Shown: piece by piece, positions 1 to 8,892 of the stretch
Numbering within the stretch: position 1 is the first letter of the stretch
How the letters are laid out: every line of letters begins with the position of its first letter
Source of the DNA: Parcubacteria group bacterium
GTDB lineage: Bacteria > Patescibacteriota > Minisyncoccia > Moranbacterales > GCA-2747515
Length of the DNA stretch: 64,000 nt
NCBI GenBank assembly: GCA_041660065.1
Contig: JBAZXC010000003.1
Location: 1,495-65,494 of the forward strand
Direction of reading: 5' to 3'
Translations under genes and position numbers: made by a program
Notes under the pieces: model-generated
Seen by the model: the letters and a program-made list of their open reading frames with translations, nothing else
What the model was told of the DNA's origin: nothing
The model's database searches: none

Positions 1-1441
1 TTATGAAAAACAATTATGGGAAGGTTCTGGTGGGAAAGATATTCTCACGTATGTGCGAAATCGCGGGATCGGGGACGCAACGATCAAAAAATTTCAATTG
101 GGCTTTGCACCGGACGGATGGCATTTTTTAGAGAAATTCTTGGAAGATAAGGGTTTTGAAAAAGATGCGATCGTGCAAACCGGTATGCTGATCAAAAAAG
201 ATTCCGGTGAATATTACGATCGGTTTCGCGGGAGGATCATGTTTCCTATTGCAGATGTGATGGGACGTGTAATCGGGTTTACAGCACGTGCATTACCCGG
301 CCAAGATGCACAGGCAAAATATATCAACACACCTGAATCACTCCTCTATCATAAAAGCAGCGTGTTGTATGGGATCCATCACGCAAAACAAGCAATCAAA
401 AGTCAGGATAGTGTGGTCATCGTGGAGGGAAATATGGACGTGGTGGCGGCGCATGATGCGGGCGTGAATAATGTGATCGCTGTGTCAGGTACGGCAATGA
501 CCGATGAACACATTCGCCTTTTAAAACGCTATACAAAAAATTTCATACTTTTTTTCGATTCTGATAAGGCGGGTATTCAAGCGGCGCGCCGCAGTGCGAT
601 CGCATGCTATGCTGCGGATGTGCAATTACGCATGGTGCTCCTCAAGGAAGGAAAGGACGCGGCTGATATTGTGCGCGAAGATCCACAGAAGTTGCACAAG
701 ATCATCAGTGATGCGGAAAACGCCGTGATGGTGTTTATCCGCATGGCACAGGACACTTTTGTCATAGCGGATCCGCATGGAAAAAGGCAGGCGATCGAAT
801 ATGTGGCGGAGATCATTGCGCATATTGCCAATGATATAGAAAAAAATGAATGGATCGGGAAATGTGCACAAATCTTTGCTGTATCCGAGCAGATGATCCA
901 TAAAACGATGCAGGCGTTTGTCAAAAGTCCGGAGAAGTTGCCATACATACCAGAAAGTCAACCGGTTGCGGATGGTGATGACGACATGGATGACGAGATA
1001 CGCATGCAAATGCAACGAATTTACAGATCGATCATCCTCATGATGATGGCATATCCGCATGTGTGGGAACATATTTACAAAAATCGTGATCGATACGGAC
1101 CAATAATCGAACAAAGTCATATTTCCGCGCTTGTGCGCGAAGGACCGGAATGTGGATTTTCTATCGGAGATTTTGTGAGTAAAGACATCCGTCGCGAGGC
1201 GCTGTATAAAGCGGCAATGAAAATGCAACAGCTCTATGAGCTCGAACGTGAGGATGGAGGCAGTCCAATCAAAGATACAGAAACGTATATCGCGATCGCT
1301 CTCGAAAATATCAACCAAAAAAAGATCGATCATCTACTCAAAAAAATGACAGAAGCGGAAAGGAATGGGGACAGCATTGCGCAGAAAAAAATCCTCGCAC
1401 AAATCAACACATTATCACAACAAATAATACGTAATATATAA
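1..1441 (+). CDS. dnaG: DNA primase DnaG, 5'-truncated at the window edge; TOPRIM region and C-terminal helicase-interaction region present
   Basis: The ORF runs in frame from position 2 with no stop. TOPRIM-like 'VVIVEGNMDVVAAHDAGVNNVIAVSGTA' and 'FFDSDKAG' motifs are present. Overall it resembles DnaG downstream of the zinc-binding domain, which is missing and presumably lies upstream of the window. Confidence 0.85.
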   Translation, partial: YEKQLWEGSGGKDILTYVRNRGIGDATIKKFQLGFAPDGWHFLEKFLEDKGFEKDAIVQTGMLIKKDSGEYYDRFRGRIMFPIADVMGRVIGFTARALPGQDAQAKYINTPESLLYHKSSVLYGIHHAKQAIKSQDSVVIVEGNMDVVAAHDAGVNNVIAVSGTAMTDEHIRLLKRYTKNFILFFDSDKAGIQAARRSAIACYAADVQLRMVLLKEGKDAADIVREDPQKLHKIISDAENAVMVFIRMAQDTFVIADPHGKRQAIEYVAEIIAHIANDIEKNEWIGKCAQIFAVSEQMIHKTMQAFVKSPEKLPYIPESQPVADGDDDMDDEIRMQMQRIYRSIILMMMAYPHVWEHIYKNRDRYGPIIEQSHISALVREGPECGFSIGDFVSKDIRREALYKAAMKMQQLYELEREDGGSPIKDTETYIAIALENINQKKIDHLLKKMTEAERNGDSIAQKKILAQINTLSQQIIRNI

Positions 1442-1444
1442 TCA

Positions 1445-2839
1445 ATGACCAGAAAATCAGAAAAAAAGGTAACCAAGAATTCTGCAAAGAAACTAGCGTC
1501 AAAGAAAAAAGGCGTAAAAAAACCTCTGAAAAAAGGACAAAAAAAAGTTGTCCAAAAACGTAGTGCAAAAAAGATTGCGCACATAAAAAAGGCACATAAA
1601 AAACGACCGGTGACGAAAAAGAAAAATATAAAACAAGTGAAGAAAAAACCGGCACAAAAGAAACAGGGGAAACCGGTGGCAAAAACTGTGGAAGAACGAC
1701 GCGTTGAACGCAAGAGTCATGTAAAGAGCGCATTGCCAAAACAGCTTGAGGAGTTGATGAATCGTGGACGTCAGAGGGGCTTTGTGACGGAAGATGAGAT
1801 CATGCATGCGATGCCGGACATTGAGAAGGATCTTGGCGGTCTGGAGGCGTTTTATGAGGGTGTGGAGTCATTTGGCATTGACATTGTCCATTCGGATGAC
1901 ATTTTACAGCTTGATATGGAGGTTGACCAAAAGAAGGGTGCACAAGGGAAAAAATTTCAGCATCAAAAAGATGTGCTTTTGGTTGAAGAGGCAGCAGCTT
2001 TGGAAGGGGGTACGGCGGATCTGGTGCAGATGTATCTCAAAGAAATCGGTCGTGTGCCATTGTTGTCCACAGAAGAAGAAATTACCATTGCCAAAGCGAT
2101 TGAAAGCGGTGACGAAGCCGCGCGTCAAAAACTTACAGAAGCAAATCTGCGTTTGGTCGTGAGCATTGCAAAAAAATATGTGGGACGTTCCACCAATCTC
2201 TCACTTCTCGATCTGATCCAGGAGGGTAATATCGGACTATTTCGTGCAGTGGAAAAATTCGACTATCAAAAAGGATTTAAGTTTTCAACTTATGCGACAT
2301 GGTGGATCCGTCAAGCGATCACGCGTGCGCTCGCCGATCAATCGCGCACAATTCGCATCCCTGTGCATATGGTGGAAACGATCAATAAATACATCCAGGT
2401 AGTGCGTCGATTGGTGCAGGAACTTGGGCGTGAACCGCTTCCGGAAGAAATTGCCGCGGAAATGGATATCGAAGTAGAAAAAGTACGTCATATTCAAAAG
2501 ATCTCACAAGAAACCGTATCATTGGAAACATCCGTAGGCGACAGTGATGATGACAGTGTCTTGGGTGACTTCATTGAGGATACAGAGTCGATCGCACCGC
2601 AACAGGGCGCATCGCGTACGTTACTTTCTGAGCATGTGGCGCAAGTGTTGGAGGATTTGTCACCACGCGAACAAAAGATCCTCAAAATCCGTTTTGGACT
2701 TGAAGATGGCGTGACACATACATTGGAAGAAGTAGGACAGGAGTTTGGCGTGACACGTGAGCGCATCCGTCAGATCGAGGCAAAGGCACTGGAAAAGATT
2801 CGTGATAATGCGATCATCGAAAAACTGAAAGATTATTAA
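1445..2839 (+). CDS. rpoD: RNA polymerase sigma-70 factor RpoD with a strongly lysine-rich N-terminal extension
   Basis: Region 2 motifs '[41 protein letters not shown]' and region 4 '[23 protein letters not shown]' are present. It sits immediately after dnaG, the classic dnaG-rpoD arrangement. Confidence 0.9.
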   Translation: MTRKSEKKVTKNSAKKLASKKKGVKKPLKKGQKKVVQKRSAKKIAHIKKAHKKRPVTKKKNIKQVKKKPAQKKQGKPVAKTVEERRVERKSHVKSALPKQLEELMNRGRQRGFVTEDEIMHAMPDIEKDLGGLEAFYEGVESFGIDIVHSDDILQLDMEVDQKKGAQGKKFQHQKDVLLVEEAAALEGGTADLVQMYLKEIGRVPLLSTEEEITIAKAIESGDEAARQKLTEANLRLVVSIAKKYVGRSTNLSLLDLIQEGNIGLFRAVEKFDYQKGFKFSTYATWWIRQAITRALADQSRTIRIPVHMVETINKYIQVVRRLVQELGREPLPEEIAAEMDIEVEKVRHIQKISQETVSLETSVGDSDDDSVLGDFIEDTESIAPQQGASRTLLSEHVAQVLEDLSPREQKILKIRFGLEDGVTHTLEEVGQEFGVTRERIRQIEAKALEKIRDNAIIEKLKDY

Positions 2840-2856
2840 TTTTTTGATAAAAGTAT

Positions 2857-3285
2857 ATGGAAAAAGGTTTTGAATCTCCCCTAAAAAAACAAACCCCTGC
2901 AAAATCTCACGAAGGTCCGATAGAGATCACAAAGGAGATGTTGGAAAGCGGTGAGGTGGACAAATTATTTCCCGGATTAGAGGGTGTGAGTTTTGAAAAT
3001 GCCGATTTTGAAAAGATATTTGATCTTGCGCGAGAAAAGATCAATGCTGATGATGAGATCAGGCAATATATATTCACCCCAGAAGATCTGCAAACGGTCG
3101 GTCGCATTATTGAGGGAGAAATAGAAGCAAGTAAGAATAGCGGTGTGTATAATCTGCGTGTCAATGAGTTATTGGGTGACAAGCAAAAAATGGATGAATA
3201 TGTGGATAATTCAGCTACCAATTTGCACAAAAAGATCAAGAAAGCCATTCAAGAAAAATTGGGATCTTCTGTCGATACACACTGA
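2857..3285 (+). CDS. hypothetical protein
   Basis: 142-aa ORF in the same orientation as rpoD, followed by a hairpin plus T-run. No recognisable motif. Confidence 0.4.
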   Translation: MEKGFESPLKKQTPAKSHEGPIEITKEMLESGEVDKLFPGLEGVSFENADFEKIFDLAREKINADDEIRQYIFTPEDLQTVGRIIEGEIEASKNSGVYNLRVNELLGDKQKMDEYVDNSATNLHKKIKKAIQEKLGSSVDTH

Positions 3286-3295
3286 TTTTTTCCAA

Positions 3296-3335
3296 AAAGA
3301 CGCAAAATCATCAGATGCTTGCGTCTTTTTGATTT
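3296..3335 (+). terminator. rho-independent terminator-like hairpin (agacgcaa...ttgcgtct plus T-run)
   Basis: Inverted repeat followed by TTTTTGATTTTT, directly after the 2857-3285 ORF. Confidence 0.5.
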
Positions 3336-3350
3336 TTACTCTATAATCAG

Positions 3351-3440
3351 ACCTGTATCGATTTGATACAGGAATATTCTGCGATAGCCCCGACGTTGTG
3401 TCGGGGTTCCGACAGACAAATGTCTCGTCGGAGCTTAGCA
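3351..3440 (+). repeat. degenerate copy of the hairpin plus tRNA-Asn 5'-half unit (unit 1 of 3)
   Basis: Hairpin cctgtatcgatttgatacagg is followed by 'aatattctgcgatagc', which resembles the tRNA-Asn 5' end 'aatattccgcgatagc'. Then come GC-rich hairpins and 'cttagca', where the tRNA has 'gtagagca'. Confidence 0.4.
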
Positions 3441-3448
3441 ATAAAAGT

Positions 3449-3657
3449 ATGGCTCACGTTTATATTTTGGAAAGTCTCAGAAAAGAGGAGGTACATATTC
3501 GACAAAAAGATTTGGAGGAGTTAAAATGGTTTTTATGCAAGAGTTTGCGTCTGTTGAATTGGCAAGAAAGATGGAAATGAAGTTAAAGAAAATGAAAAGA
3601 AAAGATTATTTGAAAAAAATTATTGAAGATGGATTTATTAAAATTCAAAGTAATTAA
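3449..3657 (+). pseudogene. frameshifted and degraded GIY-YIG nuclease relic
   Basis: The frame from 3449 gives 'MAHVYILESLRKEEVHIRQKDLEEL', compared with the intact neighbour's 'YVYCIY..KIYIGQTKDLENRL'. A +1 frame continues 'QEFASVELARKMEMKLKKMKRKDYLKKIIEDGF', resembling the intact copy's C-terminus 'EEVESRTDALNREKQLKSFRGREFVKEHI'. A middle block is deleted and the frame is shifted. Confidence 0.35.
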
Positions 3658-3667
3658 TAGTTGTTGA

Positions 3668-3757
3668 ATATTTAAAAATTTAATCAAAAAATTTTTTTGA
3701 TTAAAAATTGGATATTCCGCGATAGCTCTCCGCCAGCTGGCGGAGGTAGAGCAGTTG
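3668..3757 (+). repeat. unit 2: AT-rich palindromic leader (3668-3715) plus tRNA-Asn 5'-half copy with a 14-bp palindrome (CCGCCAGCTGGCGG) inserted in the D-loop (3716-3757)
   Basis: Near-identical to 4050-4125, the leader plus 5' half of the real tRNA, except for the D-loop insertion. It diverges after 'gagcagttg'. Confidence 0.6.
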
Positions 3758-3761
3758 CCAT

Positions 3762-4010
3762 ATGTTTTACGTCTATTGCATTTATAATAAAAAGAATAAT
3801 AAAATCTATATCGGACAAACAAAAGATCTTGAGAATAGATTAGAGTTACATAACCAGAAAACGTTTAAAGGTTTTACTTCTCGTTTTGATGGTGAGTGGG
3901 TTCTGATCTACTCTGAAGAAGTTGAATCTCGCACAGATGCTCTGAATAGAGAGAAACAACTAAAAAGTTTTAGGGGTAGAGAGTTTGTTAAAGAACATAT
4001 TCCGCGATAG
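3762..4010 (+). CDS. small stand-alone GIY-YIG nuclease (YhbQ/UPF0213-like, 82 aa)
   Basis: GIY-YIG signature 'YVYCIYNKKNNKIYIGQTKDLENRLELHN' and a conserved downstream R/E. The ATG lies in 'ccATATG' directly after tRNA-like fragment A. The last codons 'IPR*' are encoded by the next tRNA-like fragment (attccgcgaTAG). Confidence 0.75.
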   Translation: MFYVYCIYNKKNNKIYIGQTKDLENRLELHNQKTFKGFTSRFDGEWVLIYSEEVESRTDALNREKQLKSFRGREFVKEHIPR

Positions 4011-4038
4011 CTCTCCGCCAGCTGGCGGAGGTAGAGCA
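4001..4038 (+). repeat. unit 3 fragment: tRNA-Asn 5'-half copy with the same D-loop palindrome, truncated after 'gtagagca'
   Basis: Identical to 3716-3750. It overlaps the GIY-YIG stop codon. Confidence 0.6.
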
Positions 4039-4098
4039 TAAAGATGTTGAATGTTTAAAAATTTGATCAAAAAGAGCTTTTGGTCAAAAATTGAATAT

Positions 4099-4170
4099 TC
4101 CGCGATAGCTCAGCGGTAGAGCAGTTGACTGTTAATCAATTGGTCATAGGTTCGAATCCTATTCGCGGAG
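4099..4170 (+). tRNA. tRNA-Asn (anticodon GTT)
   Basis: Manual fold: acceptor tccgcga/tcgcgga, D-arm gctc-agcggta-gagc, anticodon stem gttga/tcaat with loop ctGTTaa, T-arm atagg-ttcgaat-cctat, discriminator g. No encoded CCA. Confidence 0.85.
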
Positions 4171-5760
4171 CATCATTGGAGAACTGGAGAATAAAACCTC
4201 CAGTTCTTCTTTATTTATCGGCAAATCGGGAGGTTCGAACCTCCCGATAATTGACTGAGACGCTTTTGATAATTTTTGGCATGCCAGAATTGGATTTTTG
4301 GCTTCAACATTGAACAATTTGTTAATAATGGTGAGGTTCGAACCTAAATTCGCAAGTATCTGTTTTTTTGTCTTATCATCTCCATCCTTAAATCTTCTTG
4401 CGATATCTTCTGAAACATCCAACGCTTTTTCTAGGCGATCCAGCCAAGTTTCTGTTTGGGTCGGCATGTCTTTTATAGCGCTCTTGAAATTTTCTTTTTC
4501 TTTCGTTATCTCTGTCTTTTTGGCTGCAAATTCTGCCTCAGAAATTTCATTATTGAGCCTCATGTCCATCAACCTGCTTAACTTCTTGTCAGCGGTCTCA
4601 ACGGCTGTAATTTGGCCGTCCAAGATTCTCTTGTCTGCTGCCAATTCTTCAGAATATCTATCTCTTAGATAGCGCACCGCCCAATCCTTAAAGCCTGGCG
4701 GAACATCCATGTTTTCTATGAAATCCATAATTTGACCCTCGAGCTTTTTTTCTTCCACTACTTTTCTTTCCGGACAGTTAGGATCTTTCCTCCGGGTGCA
4801 GTGGTAATAGGTGTAAAAATGCACGTTTCCATTTTTGTTCCTTTTGGTTTTGTGTTCAGCAGTTATCATTGCCTTACATTTGCCACACTGTATCACCCCA
4901 GTGTAGGCAAAGGTGTATTTTTGGGGTCGGGTAGTGCCTTTCTTTCCAAGTATGGCTTGGATTTTCAGAAATTCTGTTTGTGAGATCATCGCATTGTGTT
5001 TTCCCTCAAACCATTTGCCACTGCCTTTGGGATATTCGAATGTTCCCTGATAAAAAGAATTGTTTAACATGGCATACCAAGAACTAATTGATATTTTCCC
5101 TCCATTCTTGTTTGTTAAACCAAATTTAGTTGTAGCAATCCTAAAAGCATCAGCAGGAGTTTCTTTAAAGGTCGCAATCGATTTGAAAGCTTTGCGTATT
5201 ATATCAAATTTGTCAGGGTCATTGATGACTTCCTTTTTGCCTTTATCTTTTTTCGGAGCGGGAAGATATCCAAGCGGAGGAGAATAAGGACACCATCCGC
5301 TTTCAGCTTTGGTACGCAGTCCTCTTTTTGTATCTATGCTTAGGTCGCGAATAAACTGGTTGGCCATTCCTTGCTCGACCGCCATTACCAATACATTATC
5401 TTCCGGGTAGTAGCTTCTTTCAAAAGTGAGAATGTGTTTGAGTTTTTCCGATTGGAGCATCCAGCTTATCCGACCGCTGTCGATTGGATTCCGTGAGAGC
5501 CGATTCATCTTCCAGCATATGATCCCATCGGCTTCGCCTTTTTCTATTCTGGTCATCATTTTACTAAACATTGGTCGACCTGGGGCTTTAGCCGACATGG
5601 ATTCGGTAAATGTTTCCACTATTTCTACGCCATGTCTTTCGGCAAGTTTGTCTAGTTCCTCTATTTGGGATTCTATGGATTGCACTTGGCGATCCTCGCT
5701 TTCAGAAGATTTGCGAGCATACACAAAGTATTTGATTGATTGAGCATTTTTTTGATACAT
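4159..5760 (-). CDS. large serine recombinase (resolvase/invertase-type catalytic domain, recombinase domain, Cys-rich zinc-ribbon region, coiled-coil tail)
   Basis: N-terminal 'YARKSSESEDRQVQSIESQ' with the catalytic Ser context, then 'GVEIVETFTESMSAKAPGRPMFSKMM...GIICWKMNRLSRN'. Cys cluster 'CGKCKAMITAEH...YYHCTRRKDPNCP'. The 3' end overlaps the tRNA-Asn 3' end by 12 nt. Confidence 0.8.
   Translation of the reverse strand: MYQKNAQSIKYFVYARKSSESEDRQVQSIESQIEELDKLAERHGVEIVETFTESMSAKAPGRPMFSKMMTRIEKGEADGIICWKMNRLSRNPIDSGRISWMLQSEKLKHILTFERSYYPEDNVLVMAVEQGMANQFIRDLSIDTKRGLRTKAESGWCPYSPPLGYLPAPKKDKGKKEVINDPDKFDIIRKAFKSIATFKETPADAFRIATTKFGLTNKNGGKISISSWYAMLNNSFYQGTFEYPKGSGKWFEGKHNAMISQTEFLKIQAILGKKGTTRPQKYTFAYTGVIQCGKCKAMITAEHKTKRNKNGNVHFYTYYHCTRRKDPNCPERKVVEEKKLEGQIMDFIENMDVPPGFKDWAVRYLRDRYSEELAADKRILDGQITAVETADKKLSRLMDMRLNNEISEAEFAAKKTEITKEKENFKSAIKDMPTQTETWLDRLEKALDVSEDIARRFKDGDDKTKKQILANLGSNLTIINKLFNVEAKNPILACQKLSKASQSIIGRFEPPDLPINKEELEVLFSSSPMMLRE
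4179..4216 (+). terminator. hairpin plus T-rich tract immediately 3' of tRNA-Asn
   Basis: The imperfect inverted repeat ggagaactggag...ctccagttcttc is followed by tttatttat. It lies inside the predicted 3' end of the minus-strand recombinase ORF. Confidence 0.45.
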
Positions 5761-6017
5761 ATTTTTCTTTTTGGCTTGTTATAGAGCTTTTCCAACAACA
5801 CAATACCCCATAAAGGCATACAAGTCTATCTGAGAAACTTAAGTTTTCTCAAGGCCTAATTTTTAAACATTTTTAAACCTTTTTAGACCTGTTGAAATTG
5901 AAAATTGCTTTATTTGAGCCATTATTAATTTTGATGATTAATGTGATATTTGGTTGAAATGGCAAAATACACATGTATTATATGGGATGAAATTTTGCCG
6001 TTTCAGAACCTTGTTAT

Positions 6018-7073
6018 TTATTTGGATTCTTTTGGGCGTATTAACTTTTGATTTCCTCGACCCTGCACCTCCTCAATAATGCCATCCTCGATAAGTGCAT
6101 TGATTGCCCAGCGCACTACTTTCATTCCAACATTGCTCTTTGTCTTGATTTCTTTGGTTAAATCTCCACGTAATATTCCCGCCGCATATCCTTGGAGGAC
6201 TACTGGTATAGCATCCTTTGCTTTTTTGTAGGCAGATTCTTTTTTTGAATCCAGTTTTCCTTTAAATTCAAACCACATATTATCTTCAGTCTCTATGATT
6301 TCTAAGGCAAATGAGCCTTCCTCTCGTGCGCATCTGCATTGGGCATGTTCAACAATAATCTTATTTTCATCATCAGGATCCTTTTTTATTGCTATATGCG
6401 AATCAACAGCGGCACTAATGTCTGATGATCCTCGCATCCTAACTGGAGCAGCGCTATTGTGAGCACCCTCTTTTCTTTCATGGTGCAGAATAATCACGGT
6501 AAGTTTGTTTTCGCACAAACGCTTAATCTGCGCAAAGACTTTTGCTATGTCTTTTGAGCTATTTTCCTCCAAATCATGTAAGCGCACCAATGAGTCCAAG
6601 ATAACCACCTTGGCCTCTCTTTCTTCGCATATTCCTATTAGACCGTCTATATGGTCGTCATTTGTTAGGGAAAATCCCTTTTGAGATATGAAAGATATTC
6701 CCAAATTTTCTATTGCTCCAAGTTTCTTTACTCTTTCTTTTATGAATCGTTCATGATTTTCTTCATCGACAATTATAATGCCGTTATTTTTGCAATCATA
6801 TTGCTCAAAAGCTTTCTTTCCCTGAGATATACAAAGTGCAAGATAAAGCGATATAAACGATTTATATGATTTTGGAGCCCCTGAAATTATAGTAATAGCT
6901 TCTGCTGGTATCAGTTTTTCGACTATCCATAATGGAGCTTCAAAGTTCTTTTCCAGTAAATTGTTTAGATACACTGGTTTAAAAAACTTATTATAATCAA
7001 ACTCCCCAAATTCATCGTATGCTTCAAAGTCTTTGGATATTTTTCGATCCCTAAATACTTTTGGTAATAACAT
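6018..7073 (-). CDS. RecA-like ATPase (AAA_25/RepA-DnaB-like, plasmid or phage replication-associated) with a C-terminal winged-helix-like tail
   Basis: Degenerate Walker A 'ISGAPKSYKS', Walker B-like 'KVVILDSL', 'LTVIILHHERKEG'. The C-terminal region resembles a GntR-like wHTH 'VVRWAINALIEDGII'. Confidence 0.55.
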   Translation of the reverse strand: MLLPKVFRDRKISKDFEAYDEFGEFDYNKFFKPVYLNNLLEKNFEAPLWIVEKLIPAEAITIISGAPKSYKSFISLYLALCISQGKKAFEQYDCKNNGIIIVDEENHERFIKERVKKLGAIENLGISFISQKGFSLTNDDHIDGLIGICEEREAKVVILDSLVRLHDLEENSSKDIAKVFAQIKRLCENKLTVIILHHERKEGAHNSAAPVRMRGSSDISAAVDSHIAIKKDPDDENKIIVEHAQCRCAREEGSFALEIIETEDNMWFEFKGKLDSKKESAYKKAKDAIPVVLQGYAAGILRGDLTKEIKTKSNVGMKVVRWAINALIEDGIIEEVQGRGNQKLIRPKESK

Positions 7074-7377
7074 AGTTTTATTGTTAATAACGAATTAGTT
7101 TTTATTTCCCCGATAACTTACAAATCAAACTAGGGAGGAGAATTGCTTGAAGAGCTAGGTTCTTTTTTATAGGTAGCAACTAATAAATTTAAAAATTGCT
7201 CAGCATTTCGGCAAGCTTCTTTTCCGGAGATATCTAAATCCAGCTCTGATTTGAACAAAGAGACTAATTCTTCCGTTTCACTTTTAGAAAATATAGACAT
7301 ATGGTTTCGTGCTATTATGTCTATTTGAGCACGAAACCATTGCTTAAAAATATAGTAAGACCACTTAAAATAAACAA

Positions 7378-7400
7378 AAAAAACGCTCTTATGAGCGAAT
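7378..7400 (-). terminator. terminator hairpin (cgctcataagagcg plus T-run on the minus strand) downstream of 7432-8223
   Basis: On the plus strand it reads aaaaaaaacgctcttatgagcg, a perfect 6-bp stem with a GC core preceded by an A-run. Confidence 0.45.
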
Positions 7401-7431
7401 GTTTGGAGGTGTTATAAAATTAAGTACTTAA

Positions 7432-8223
7432 TTAAGTTCCTATTCTATTTTTTTGTTTACTAAGATTCCTTTTGTAATCCTGGCTTGTCATCTTTCGCGT
7501 AGTCACTTTTTTGGATATTTCTAACTTTCTGTCATGCTTGTATGGGTCATCAAATCGAACAATTTCTGTTAGTTTGTAAATTTGTTTTTTTCCATCTTTA
7601 CCTCGATATAATTTACAACTGGCATTTGAATTCAAATAATCTCTACACTGAACTAGATCATCACATTTTAATACGTCAGTGCCATCCTCAATTGCTTCAA
7701 TCATGGCTTTTATATTTTTAGACGTGGAGCCTACGATTGTTACTGCTTCATTGTAGTCTTTATTGATAACCATAAGTGGATCAGCTTGCTGTGTTTTGGT
7801 TACGACTATAATATCCTTAATCTCTTTCATATTCTCATCATTCACAATTTTGTCTGGGATTTCTTCCTTCTTGATTTTTTCCTCATAAAAACCCGCGAAG
7901 GAAAGTGCTTCATCTAGTCCCTTAATTAAAATATCATGCACTTGGTGAATAGCCTCAAAATCCTTTTTCATTTCATCTATAGTACCAGATCCTATATCTA
8001 GCCATTCTTCAAAAGGCAGCTCCTCGCTAGGTATGAGTCCACTTTGCAAATCTTCTCCCAATATTTTTTTAAAAATTCCATCGTTTTGAACATATTCAAA
8101 ATAAGCATCGCGCGCTGATAAAAAAAGCTTGTTATCCTTTTTTTTCACGCAATCACTTAAAGCCTGAAATCTTTGCTTAAGGCCATATCTAGCTATTGCA
8201 GTTTCTGTTGCTAATTCGCTCAT
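7432..8223 (-). CDS. hypothetical protein (263 aa)
   Basis: Long ORF, no recognisable motif. Confidence 0.45.
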   Translation of the reverse strand: MSELATETAIARYGLKQRFQALSDCVKKKDNKLFLSARDAYFEYVQNDGIFKKILGEDLQSGLIPSEELPFEEWLDIGSGTIDEMKKDFEAIHQVHDILIKGLDEALSFAGFYEEKIKKEEIPDKIVNDENMKEIKDIIVVTKTQQADPLMVINKDYNEAVTIVGSTSKNIKAMIEAIEDGTDVLKCDDLVQCRDYLNSNASCKLYRGKDGKKQIYKLTEIVRFDDPYKHDRKLEISKKVTTRKMTSQDYKRNLSKQKNRIGT

Positions 8224-8313
8224 AAACTTTTCCTTTCCTTTAATCTACCTTAGCGAGCGCAAAAAATCAATCAAATACTTGTATAATAAGCCATTTGATG
8301 GTATTTTATATGC

Positions 8314-8430
8314 GAACCCACAATCAAAAAATACTGAGGCATAACCTTGAGGTTTTTGTCCTATCACGCCCTTTAGCGGGCGGCTCGGCGCACATGATAG
8401 GACACCTCGGTGTTTCTTGATTGTGGGTTC
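8314..8430. repeat. about 117-nt nested inverted-repeat structure
   Basis: Outer 14-bp inverted repeat gaacccacaatcaa / ttgattgtgggttc and inner inverted repeat gtcctatca / tgataggac, with a GC-rich centre. It sits in a divergent intergenic region. Confidence 0.4.
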
Positions 8431-8501
8431 CGTCGGGTCGTCCACTCAAGCGGAACTTCTCGACGACTTATTTACTAAGTCGTTTTTTGTTATCCAAATT
8501 T

Positions 8502-8696
8502 ATGGAAAAGCCAAATGAAAAATCTTTTTTCAGACAGGCACTTGAGTTTGCAGGTGTTTATATTTTGAGTATGTTTCTTGTTTTATTTGCCTTCGGACAT
8601 TCTCCGAGTAATCAAATTCGGTTTTATTTTTCTTCCCTGATGGTCGCAATGGCTATATTCACTGCATACGAAGTCGGGAAAAGTAAGGCGGTGTAG
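8502..8696 (+). CDS. small membrane protein (about 65 aa, 2 predicted TM)
   Basis: Hydrophobic segments 'VYILSMFLVLFAF' and 'LMVAMAIFTAY'. The start was chosen at the internal Met, since the longer track ORF overlaps the hairpin. Confidence 0.35.
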   Translation: MEKPNEKSFFRQALEFAGVYILSMFLVLFAFGHSPSNQIRFYFSSLMVAMAIFTAYEVGKSKAV

Positions 8697-8719
8697 TTAA
8701 TTATGTAATTTTAATAAGC

Positions 8720-8869
8720 ATGAAAAATATACTTATATTGATATTTTTCGCAGTCGTGGTCTTTTTAGAAGTTAGAAACAAAAAGATGAAGGACTATGGC
8801 GTTAAAGAGGTAGGTTTAATTATATTAACTGCGTTAATAGCATTTGGTTTTATAAGAGTGCTTTTTTAA
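8720..8869 (+). CDS. small membrane protein (50 aa), not in the ORF track because it is under 60 aa
   Basis: Manual translation gives MKNILILIFFAVVVFLEVRNKKMKDYGVKEVGLIILTALIAFGFIRVLF, two hydrophobic stretches. It lies in the same orientation between two other tiny TM ORFs. Confidence 0.3.
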   Translation: MKNILILIFFAVVVFLEVRNKKMKDYGVKEVGLIILTALIAFGFIRVLF

Positions 8870-8892
8870 TTAGCCACTAGAGAAATTAAAAA

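Noticed and set aside
626-1807. Several minus-strand ORFs (626-1333, 1330-1713, 1404-1739, 1499-1807) overlapping dnaG/rpoD
   Set aside because: They lie antisense to strongly supported conserved genes. Their products are low-complexity (F/C-rich) translations of the Lys-codon-rich rpoD 5' region. They are spurious.
3716-4170. Possibility that the GIY-YIG gene is a homing endonuclease inside a group I intron of tRNA-Asn
   Set aside because: The tRNA-like copies flanking the ORF both contain only the 5' half. No 3' half follows the ORF before the complete downstream tRNA, so there is no exon-intron-exon arrangement.
4298-5743. Plus-strand ORFs inside the serine recombinase gene (4298-4672, 4732-4983, 5060-5287, 5426-5743)
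   Set aside because: They are antisense to a well-supported recombinase CDS, have no motifs and are low complexity.
8245-8445. 66-aa minus-strand ORF spanning the large hairpin
   Set aside because: It is almost entirely composed of the inverted-repeat sequence, so it is more likely a structural or noncoding element than a gene.
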